This document shows positions 8,969 through 16,576 of a stretch of 20,000 nt of DNA, piece after piece. The stretch lies in NCBI GenBank assembly GCA_964501035.1, contig CAZCRK010000003.1, positions 52,688-72,687 on the forward strand, read 5' to 3'. Both the position numbers and the translations under genes were made by a program. Below the pieces are notes generated by a model that worked only from the letters and a program-made list of their open reading frames with translations, did no database searches and was not told the DNA's origin. Position 1 is the first letter of the stretch. Each line of letters begins with the position of its first letter.

Positions 8969-10102
8969 TTATATTCGTTCAATGATAGTGGCAATACCCT
9001 GGCCTGTTCCAATACACATAGTGGCTAATCCAAATTTGGCATCAGTTTGTCGCATTACATTCATAAGTGTTATAATAATACGAACACCGGAACAACCTAG
9101 AGGATGACCAAGTGCAATTGCACCACCATTTAGATTTATTTTATTCAAATCCCAACCACCTTTTCTAATAACATATAGTGATTGTGCGGCAAATGCCTCA
9201 TTTAGTTCAATCACATCAATATCGTCCATGGTAAGTCCAGCATTTGCTAACGCTTTTTCTGTGGCTGGCAACGGTCCAGACCCCATACGTGTCCAATCTA
9301 CACCTGCAATAGCTCTGCTTTTAATTTTAAACTCAGGTGACAAACCAAATTCAGTTGCTGTATTATTTGATGTAATTAATGCTGCTGCTGCCCCTGTTGA
9401 AATTGGGCTAGATGTCGCTGCCGTAATAGTTCCATCTGCTTCAAATGCTGGATCCAATGATTTAATTTTCTCTACATTGGGTTCTCGTGGTCCTTCATCA
9501 ACGGAAACTGTATTACCATTAAATTCAATGGGTACAATTTCTTTTTCGAATTTACCTTCTGAAATTGCAGCTAACGCTTTTTGGTGTGAATTAATAGCAA
9601 ATTCTTCTTGGTCTGCACGTGAAATATCTAAATCTTTTGCCAATATTTCTGCAGTTTCTCCCATACCCATGTAGTAATCTTTAGCATATAACTCAGGGTG
9701 AAAACTTGGATTAAATCCACCCATTGGAACTCCAAACATATCTTCTACACCTGCAGCTATTCCTGCACGTATATCACCTAATTCAACTGCCTGACTCACT
9801 TGATGTACTGCATCCATAGAAGAACCACAAAATCGATTAACAACCTTTGCACCTGCTTCAATTGGTAGTTCAGATAAAATGCCTATTCCCTTTGCCATGA
9901 GCATTCCCTGATTTCCTTCTGGAAAGGCACAACCAACAACTATATCATCTATTGTTTCTTTAGATATACCATTGTTTCTTTCAAGTAATACTTTAACTAC
10001 ATCTGCAGTTAAATCATCAGGTCGCATTCCGATTAATGCGCCATTTTTTAACCCGATTGGGCTTCTTAAACCATCTAAAATTACTGAATAATTTTCTGCC
10101 AT
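8969..10102 (-). CDS. fadA: Acetyl-CoA C-acyltransferase (thiolase)
   Basis: NRFCGSSM, ELNEAFAAQ, GGAIALGHPLGCSG, MCIGTGQG; SD AGGAG. Confidence 0.95.
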   Translation of the reverse strand: MAENYSVILDGLRSPIGLKNGALIGMRPDDLTADVVKVLLERNNGISKETIDDIVVGCAFPEGNQGMLMAKGIGILSELPIEAGAKVVNRFCGSSMDAVHQVSQAVELGDIRAGIAAGVEDMFGVPMGGFNPSFHPELYAKDYYMGMGETAEILAKDLDISRADQEEFAINSHQKALAAISEGKFEKEIVPIEFNGNTVSVDEGPREPNVEKIKSLDPAFEADGTITAATSSPISTGAAAALITSNNTATEFGLSPEFKIKSRAIAGVDWTRMGSGPLPATEKALANAGLTMDDIDVIELNEAFAAQSLYVIRKGGWDLNKINLNGGAIALGHPLGCSGVRIIITLMNVMRQTDAKFGLATMCIGTGQGIATIIERI

Positions 10103-10115
10103 TTTAAGCTCCTAT

Positions 10116-11939
10116 TTAATCTAAATAATATTTTCCGATACGTAATACGTCTTCAGCTATTTTTCGCTTCAATCCAATTGTGTCAGGCGTGTAGTTTAGC
10201 TTATTTTTCCATCCACACATTAAACCTAGTTTTTCCTCTAATTCGTTTCCTGTGAAAATATGAGAAATAATCTGCATTGATGTGCGAACAATAATTTCAA
10301 ACTGTTCAGAAACTGAAAATGCTACAACGTCTTTTGTTTTGGATTTAATTTTCACATCATCAATTGCTAAATATCGTTTTAACCCCATATCAGCAATAGA
10401 GAGTGAAATTATGATATTAGCCAATGGTTCTAGCACCCATTGTTCATTTTTCAAATCTTGTCCATATTTTAGAATTAATTCATTAAGTACAAACAAAAAA
10501 CTAGACCGCATATATTCTAATGCTTGAGCTTCATCTGGTAAATCAGTTTCAATATTTAGTTTAGGTAACCAGTTTACCATACGTTCAGCAATTGCATTTC
10601 TAAGAGGAATTTCTTCCATAATAGCTTTTTTCAGCGTGAGACCACTAATCAATAAACGATTTATCTCATTTGTTCCTTCAAAAATACGATTTATGCGTTC
10701 ATCTCGATACATACCTGCAGCTTGATATTCTTCAATAAATCCAGAACCACCTAAAACTTGTACCGCTTCATCAACACAGTATGCTAAAGATTCAGAACCT
10801 ACTATCTTGCAAATTGATGCCTCAATACCATGATCTTCAATGGTCTGTTGAACTTTTTTATAATAATCTGCATCGGACTTGTCTAGTAATTCAATTTTGC
10901 TATCAATAGAACCTGAAGTAGCAAACATAACTGTATCAGATTCCCACCCTTTCACCATCATGCGCGCAAATTTATTTTGTACCATACCAAATTCAGAAAT
11001 AGATCTACTAAATTGTTTTCGTTCGTTGGCATAAGTCAGTGCATTGTTTAAAGAATATCTGCATCCAGCACCTGTAGTAACTCCGAGTTTATATCTACCT
11101 ACATATAATACATTAAATGCGATTGGTCCACCCATACCAACTTTCCCAAGCACATTTTCAATAGGAACTTTACAATCTTCGAAATAATATGTACATGTTG
11201 AAGATCCCTTGATACCCATTTTTTTCTCTTCGGCACCAACAACCCATCCATCACAATCTTTATCTATAATAAATGACGTATATTTACCATCAACACTTGC
11301 AAATGTAACACAGACATCAGCCCAAGAACCATTAGTTACAAATATCTTCTGACCATTAATAATGTAATGTGTACCTTCTTCGTTCAATACAGCTGTAGCT
11401 TCACCTGCTAACGCATCTGATCCTGCATTTGGTTCTGTCAATGCATAACAACCCATATATTCGCCCGAAGCTAGTTTAGATAAATACTTTGCTTTTTGCT
11501 CTTTATTTGCATACCAAACTAACGGAAGCATACCAATTCCAGTATGTGCAGACATGGTTACCATAATGGATGCATTTTCACCTGAAGAAAGCGCATCTGC
11601 TACAATACATGCAGTTGTTTTATCAAGATCAATGCCATTAAATTCTTCTGCTACGTCAATGCCTAAAAAACCAAGCTCTCCCATTTCTCTAAAAATTTCT
11701 ATGGATAAATCTTTGTTAAGGGTATTCAACTGTTCGGAAACTGGTTTGATTCTATCTTGAGCAAATTCTTGCGCAGCTTGTTTAAACATATTATGTTCTT
11801 CAGAAAATTGTTCTCGAGAAAACACTGTTCCTTTGTCTAAAGGAGTAACCATGAAGGCAGCTCCCCTACCCTTTATTGAATCATAATCTATATCGTTTAT
11901 TAAATTCTTTTTTTTATCTTCTACAGCAACACTACTCAT
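10116..11939 (-). CDS. fadE: Acyl-CoA dehydrogenase (long FadE type)
   Basis: YALTEPNAGSDA, NGQKIFVTN, EKKMGIKGSST, ERKQF, GGSGFIEEY, RIFEGTNEINRL. ATG 11939 (MSSVAV) preferred because it avoids overlapping tetR. Confidence 0.93.
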   Translation of the reverse strand: MSSVAVEDKKKNLINDIDYDSIKGRGAAFMVTPLDKGTVFSREQFSEEHNMFKQAAQEFAQDRIKPVSEQLNTLNKDLSIEIFREMGELGFLGIDVAEEFNGIDLDKTTACIVADALSSGENASIMVTMSAHTGIGMLPLVWYANKEQKAKYLSKLASGEYMGCYALTEPNAGSDALAGEATAVLNEEGTHYIINGQKIFVTNGSWADVCVTFASVDGKYTSFIIDKDCDGWVVGAEEKKMGIKGSSTCTYYFEDCKVPIENVLGKVGMGGPIAFNVLYVGRYKLGVTTGAGCRYSLNNALTYANERKQFSRSISEFGMVQNKFARMMVKGWESDTVMFATSGSIDSKIELLDKSDADYYKKVQQTIEDHGIEASICKIVGSESLAYCVDEAVQVLGGSGFIEEYQAAGMYRDERINRIFEGTNEINRLLISGLTLKKAIMEEIPLRNAIAERMVNWLPKLNIETDLPDEAQALEYMRSSFLFVLNELILKYGQDLKNEQWVLEPLANIIISLSIADMGLKRYLAIDDVKIKSKTKDVVAFSVSEQFEIIVRTSMQIISHIFTGNELEEKLGLMCGWKNKLNYTPDTIGLKRKIAEDVLRIGKYYLD

Positions 11940-11949
11940 TGAGCCCCCA

Positions 11950-12546
11950 TTATTTATTACTAATCCCAAAAATCATAAAATCAAACACTGCGTTTAAATA
12001 GTCTTCAGCAGTTAAGTCCTTATACTCGAAAATACTAAACCAGATAACTCCTTGTAAAACTGTCATAATTGACAATGCAGCAATATCAGGATTTAACCTT
12101 TTAAACTCACCCTCTCGGACACCTTTATTAAATGTTGATTTAAACAATTTTAATATTTTCTTATACAATACTTGGACACGTTGACGAATATCATCGTCAT
12201 GATTTGCTAATGCCCAAAATTCAAGCTCGGCTAAAAAAACATATTTTCGATCATTGTATGCTGATAAAATTTCCTGCACAAACCCACGAAATATTTCTGT
12301 TGCTGACCTACCTTTTCCATTTTGACTGTAAAAATCAGGGAACGTATGCTCCTCCCAATGATCAATCAGAGATAAAAACATTTCTTTCTTGCTTGAATAA
12401 TGATGATAAATCGCACCCTTACTTAAACCGGATTTACTTACTATATCATCCATTCGGGTATCAGCATACCCTTTATTCACAAACACCTTCAGCGCTGCAT
12501 CTAGTATTTGTGATTGTCTTTCTTCTTTAGATTTATTTTCTGCCAT
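11950..12546 (-). CDS. TetR/AcrR-family transcriptional regulator of the beta-oxidation operon
   Basis: ILDAALKVFVNKGYADTRMDDIVSKSGLSKGAIYHHYSSKKEMF HTH; first gene of the operon. Confidence 0.95.
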   Translation of the reverse strand: MAENKSKEERQSQILDAALKVFVNKGYADTRMDDIVSKSGLSKGAIYHHYSSKKEMFLSLIDHWEEHTFPDFYSQNGKGRSATEIFRGFVQEILSAYNDRKYVFLAELEFWALANHDDDIRQRVQVLYKKILKLFKSTFNKGVREGEFKRLNPDIAALSIMTVLQGVIWFSIFEYKDLTAEDYLNAVFDFMIFGISNK

Positions 12547-12552
12547 AAATAG

Positions 12553-12566
12553 ACCGACTAGTCGGT
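12553..12566. promoter_or_regulatory. Perfect 14-bp palindrome ACCGACTAGTCGGT, probable TetR operator
   Basis: Exact dyad, GC-rich in an AT-rich spacer, 6 bp from the tetR ATG. Confidence 0.8.
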
Positions 12567-12582
12567 ATAATTTATTATTTCA

Positions 12583-12615
12583 CAATATTAACTTCCAAGA
12601 ACTTTCTAAAATAAA
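12583..12615 (-). promoter_or_regulatory. Possible tetR-fad promoter, TTTA-N21-TAATATTG
   Basis: One mismatch in each box; places the palindrome just downstream of the predicted start site. Confidence 0.3.
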
Positions 12616-12639
12616 TCTATAAGATTATTATCTTGACTA

Positions 12640-12650
12640 CGTAATTTTGC
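12640..12650 (+). promoter_or_regulatory. Putative -7 box CGTAATTTTGC for the riboswitch operon
   Basis: TAnnTTTG match a few nt 5' of the aptamer; identical 11-mer recurs at 16536-16546; no -33 box seen. Confidence 0.5.
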
Positions 12651-12653
12651 ACG

Positions 12654-12737
12654 TTGTTCGGGGTGCTGATTATAGTAAGATAATTGGCTGAGAACATACC
12701 CTTATACCTGATCTAGATAATACTAGCGGAGGAAACT
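12654..12737 (+). ncRNA. TPP riboswitch (THI element)
   Basis: GGGGTG (12660), P3 GCTGATTAT/ATAATTGGC, GCTGAGA (12687), ATACCC, ACCTGATC (12706), P5 CTAG-ATAATA-CTAG, AGCGGAGGAA; all in canonical order. Confidence 0.96.
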
Positions 12738-12740
12738 ATA

Positions 12741-15134
12741 ATGCTTAGAACACATTCCTTAAATCGATTATATCTCTTAATCATACTCATACTACCAACA
12801 TTAATATTTTCATCAAGTTTAACGATTCATGGAAAAGTTGTTGATACCAATCAAAACCCAATTCACAAGGTCAATATCTACACTACCAACGTTGGAACAG
12901 AGAGTTCTGAAGATGGATCTTTTTTATTAATGGTCGATAAAAATTCCATTGTGACTATCAGTCATATTGGATTTAACTCTATCTCTTTCCTTGCAGAAGA
13001 TGTGCCACATCCTATTGTTTTACACTCTACATTCCTAAATGGAAAAGAAGTTATTGTAAATGGTGGTTTGGATTCACAATCGCTTAGAAACACAGCATCT
13101 TCGATTTCTTTGATTTCAAAAAATGAACTTCGAAGAAAATCTGAAAATCATTTTCAGGGATTAATAGACAATATCCCAAATTTAAACTATGCAAGTGGTA
13201 CATCTCGACCAAGATATTTCCAAATTAGAGGAATCGGCGAACGTAGTAAATATGTTGGTGAGGGTGCTCCCAATTTTTCTGTTGGGTTTATGGTAGATGG
13301 GATAGACTTTAGTGGTATCGGAATGACTGGCATGCTGTTTGATACTGAACAAATTGAAGTATTTAAGGGACCTCAATCTGCAATATATGGTCCAAATGCG
13401 ATGGCTGGTTTGATAAACATAACTACTGCTGAGCCAACATTCTTTGAAACCGGTCACACTCTGTTTAGTATTGGTTCTGATAATATGAAAACTGGTGGAT
13501 TTGCAATTGGTGCACCCCTAAATGACAAAGTAGCGTTTAGACTTGCATTCCAACGTCATACTCAAGATGGATTTCGAAAGAATGTTTACAGAAATATATA
13601 TAATTCTAATAAAAGAGATGAAAACTTTCTACGAACAAAATTGAATTGGCTAATATCTAAAGATTTTAACATTCAATATATACATTTTAACGCAAACTTA
13701 AACAATGGTTATGATGCATGGGCAGTCGATAACAATGAAGACTTTATCACATATTCTGATGAACAAGGTATGGACTCCCAACAATCAATTGCTAACTCTG
13801 TAAAAATCAACTATGTTGCTGATGGTATTAATGCGCTTATTCAATTTTCGAAATCACAAAATATAATGGAACATAGTTATGATGGGGATTGGGCGAATAA
13901 TGATTATTGGTTGCTAGAACCTTATAACTTTGACCCTTATGTGACTTGGTGGGAATATAGTTTTTACGATAAAACTATAAGAAATCGTGATGTGTTTTCT
14001 CATACGTTTAGGGTTTCTTTTGATTATAATTCAAATTTATTTATTACTACAGGAGTTAATTACACTAATACTAAGGAAAATGATATTGCAGAAGGTTGGC
14101 TGTTTGGAGGTGATGCAACAGGATTAGAAAGTAATTTTAATATCCATAATAATTCAATTTTTGCTCAGGCAGTTTACACAATCACAGAACAATTAAATGT
14201 AAATTTAAATCTTCGAAATGAAAATAACAGAACTAAATATTCTAGCTCTGGTGAAAATTGGGGCTGGGATGTTTATGGACTAGTTCCAATACCAGAAGTA
14301 TCTGAAAACATAAATCATGCATTCTCTGGAGGAAAAGTTGCATTCATATATACTTTAGATAATTCTTCTACACTTTTTGCTAATTATTCAAAAGGGTATA
14401 AAGCAGGTGGGATTAATCAAAATCCTAATCTAAGCGAAATTGGTCGGTTTTATGATCCAGAGACTAACAATAATTATGAGTTAGGTTTTAAATTTAATTC
14501 TGATTTTGCAACTGCAAATGTGACATTATTTTCAATGAATAGACAAAATCAACAAGTGCAAGTTTCCAGCCAACAAGAAGAAGGAAATCCGAACACGTTT
14601 GTTTATTTTACTTCAAATGCAACCTCAGGAACAAATTCTGGATTAGAATTTGATTCTAAGATTAAAATCATCAAAGGGTTAAGTTTTAGTTCATCCATTG
14701 GCTTATTAAATACTCATGTTAACCCATACGAATTTTGGGATGATTCAAGTACTGTGATTCGTCTTGGTGACCGTGAACAAGCTATGGCCCCTAACTATAA
14801 TTTTAGTTTAGGATTAAATTATACCTTACCTTCAGGTATCTTTGCAAATATTGATTTCGTCGGAAAAGATGAATACTATTTTTCGGATAGCCACGATGAA
14901 AAATCTGAAGCGTATGAGTTACTTAACTTTTCAACTGGCATAACAAAGGATAACTGGACATTATCATTTTGGGGTAAGAATATTACCGATGTTAGATATG
15001 CAACTCGAGGATTCTATTTTGGGAATGAACCAATTTGGAATACTGAAGAAGACTACCACGAATATCCCGATAAACTATACATAAGTTACGGTGATCCATT
15101 GCAATATGGAATTACGCTAAAGTATCAGTTCTAA
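12741..15134 (+). CDS. TonB-dependent receptor, probably for thiamine or a thiamine precursor
   Basis: Signal peptide, carboxypeptidase-regulatory-like N-extension (IHGKVVD...TISHIGF), plug motifs PNLNYASGTSRPRYFQIRGIG and QIEVFKGPQSAIYGPNAMAGLINI, SKGYKAGGIN, terminal YGITLKYQF; directly under a TPP riboswitch. Confidence 0.93.
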   Translation: MLRTHSLNRLYLLIILILPTLIFSSSLTIHGKVVDTNQNPIHKVNIYTTNVGTESSEDGSFLLMVDKNSIVTISHIGFNSISFLAEDVPHPIVLHSTFLNGKEVIVNGGLDSQSLRNTASSISLISKNELRRKSENHFQGLIDNIPNLNYASGTSRPRYFQIRGIGERSKYVGEGAPNFSVGFMVDGIDFSGIGMTGMLFDTEQIEVFKGPQSAIYGPNAMAGLINITTAEPTFFETGHTLFSIGSDNMKTGGFAIGAPLNDKVAFRLAFQRHTQDGFRKNVYRNIYNSNKRDENFLRTKLNWLISKDFNIQYIHFNANLNNGYDAWAVDNNEDFITYSDEQGMDSQQSIANSVKINYVADGINALIQFSKSQNIMEHSYDGDWANNDYWLLEPYNFDPYVTWWEYSFYDKTIRNRDVFSHTFRVSFDYNSNLFITTGVNYTNTKENDIAEGWLFGGDATGLESNFNIHNNSIFAQAVYTITEQLNVNLNLRNENNRTKYSSSGENWGWDVYGLVPIPEVSENINHAFSGGKVAFIYTLDNSSTLFANYSKGYKAGGINQNPNLSEIGRFYDPETNNNYELGFKFNSDFATANVTLFSMNRQNQQVQVSSQQEEGNPNTFVYFTSNATSGTNSGLEFDSKIKIIKGLSFSSSIGLLNTHVNPYEFWDDSSTVIRLGDREQAMAPNYNFSLGLNYTLPSGIFANIDFVGKDEYYFSDSHDEKSEAYELLNFSTGITKDNWTLSFWGKNITDVRYATRGFYFGNEPIWNTEEDYHEYPDKLYISYGDPLQYGITLKYQF

Positions 15135-15135
15135 A

Positions 15136-16506
15136 ATGTCAATTTCTATAGACCAAGGATTAGTTTTAATCTATTTGATTGGGGTGCTAGCTCTTGGTCT
15201 ATTTAAACGTTCAAAACACGATTCAAACTCATTCCTCTTTGCTGGACGTAAACTAACCATTCCTGCTTTTGTGGCTACATTAGTCACAACGTGGTATGGT
15301 GGAATTTTAGAAGTCGGACGTTTCTCATTTGAAAATGGAATTGTTACTTGGATAATCTTTGGAGTATTTTATTATTTTGCTGCAATTTTATACGCGTTTT
15401 ACTTAGCACCTAAAATTGTGGATGGCAACCTTAAAACGATACCTGAGTTGTTTACGCATCATTTGGGTAAAGGTGCTGGATTGATAAGTGTAATATTAGT
15501 CCTATTAATAACATCTCCTGCTCCGTATATTAAAATTAATTCGACTCTCCTTCAATATATCTGGGATATCACTGAAACATCCGCACTTATTCTAACAATT
15601 TTATTTTCATTGTTGTATGCATTCAATGGTGGATTTTCAGCAGTTGTGCGAACAGATAAGCTCCAATTCATTCTAATGTTTGCTGGGTTTGGTTATTTGA
15701 TATATGCTTTGTTTACTCATCCTATATACGGAGGGTTTGATTATCTTTTACATAATGCACCATCATATGCATTTGAAATTCCAGGAAACTTCAACTGGAC
15801 GTTTATTTTTGTATGGGGTTTTATTGCATTGATAACATTTATAGATCCAGGATTTTACCAACGGTCATTTGCAGGTAATTCACTAAAAACAGTTCAGAAA
15901 GGAATTTTAGTATCAATTGGATTTTGGATAATTTTTGATTTCTTGACTGTCTTTACTGGAATTTATGCATCAGCAGTCCTGACAAACATACAGCATAGTC
16001 CATATTTAGATTTAGCTTCTCTCATTTTGCCCCCTGTTGCAAAGGGGTTTTTCATTGTTTCACTCATGGCAATTGTTATGTCTACTATTGATAGTTTTGC
16101 ATTCCTATCTGCAATCACAATAGGTAGAGATTTTATGAATTTGATTGAGGGTAAATTTCCCATCAAACTAAACCAAGTTAAAAGCACACAAATTGCGTTG
16201 ATAATTACAGCATTAATTTCTATCATAATAGTTCAATTTTTTGATAATGCAATTGATATTTGGTACATGGTTGGTTCTTTTGCAGTTCCAGCACTTTTAC
16301 TCCCAATGATATGTCTGTTTTATGGGGTTTGTTTTGAACAACCTATTCATGTAATGGTTTTACCCATAATTACGACTGGTGTTTGGATAGTATTAGGTTA
16401 CAACAATGTAGATTCTTGGGGATATCCCCAATATATTTTAAACTTGGACCCCATGTATCCAGGTATATGTATGAGTGCAATAATGTGCTTGATTCACAAG
16501 AAATAA
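15136..16506 (+). CDS. Sodium:solute symporter family (SSS) transporter
   Basis: FLFAGRKL, TIPELF, GGFSAVVRTDKLQ, DPGFYQR, AIVMSTIDS; many TM helices; 1 nt after the TBDR stop. Confidence 0.92.
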   Translation: MSISIDQGLVLIYLIGVLALGLFKRSKHDSNSFLFAGRKLTIPAFVATLVTTWYGGILEVGRFSFENGIVTWIIFGVFYYFAAILYAFYLAPKIVDGNLKTIPELFTHHLGKGAGLISVILVLLITSPAPYIKINSTLLQYIWDITETSALILTILFSLLYAFNGGFSAVVRTDKLQFILMFAGFGYLIYALFTHPIYGGFDYLLHNAPSYAFEIPGNFNWTFIFVWGFIALITFIDPGFYQRSFAGNSLKTVQKGILVSIGFWIIFDFLTVFTGIYASAVLTNIQHSPYLDLASLILPPVAKGFFIVSLMAIVMSTIDSFAFLSAITIGRDFMNLIEGKFPIKLNQVKSTQIALIITALISIIIVQFFDNAIDIWYMVGSFAVPALLLPMICLFYGVCFEQPIHVMVLPIITTGVWIVLGYNNVDSWGYPQYILNLDPMYPGICMSAIMCLIHKK

Positions 16507-16513
16507 TCAAATT

Positions 16514-16546
16514 CTTGTTTCACATGAACACAACTCGTAATTTTGC
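16514..16546 (+). promoter_or_regulatory. Putative promoter, CTTG-N20-TAATTTTG, for methyltransferase-typA
   Basis: TAATTTTG at 16538-16545 with TTG 20 nt upstream, inside the 70-bp spacer. Confidence 0.5.
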
Positions 16547-16576
16547 GCCACCTTTAACTGCAATTATATATACAAT

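Noticed and set aside
11940..11969. Longer fadE N-terminus from TTG 11969
   Set aside because: Overlaps the tetR 3' end; ATG 11939 has a purine-rich GGGGG upstream
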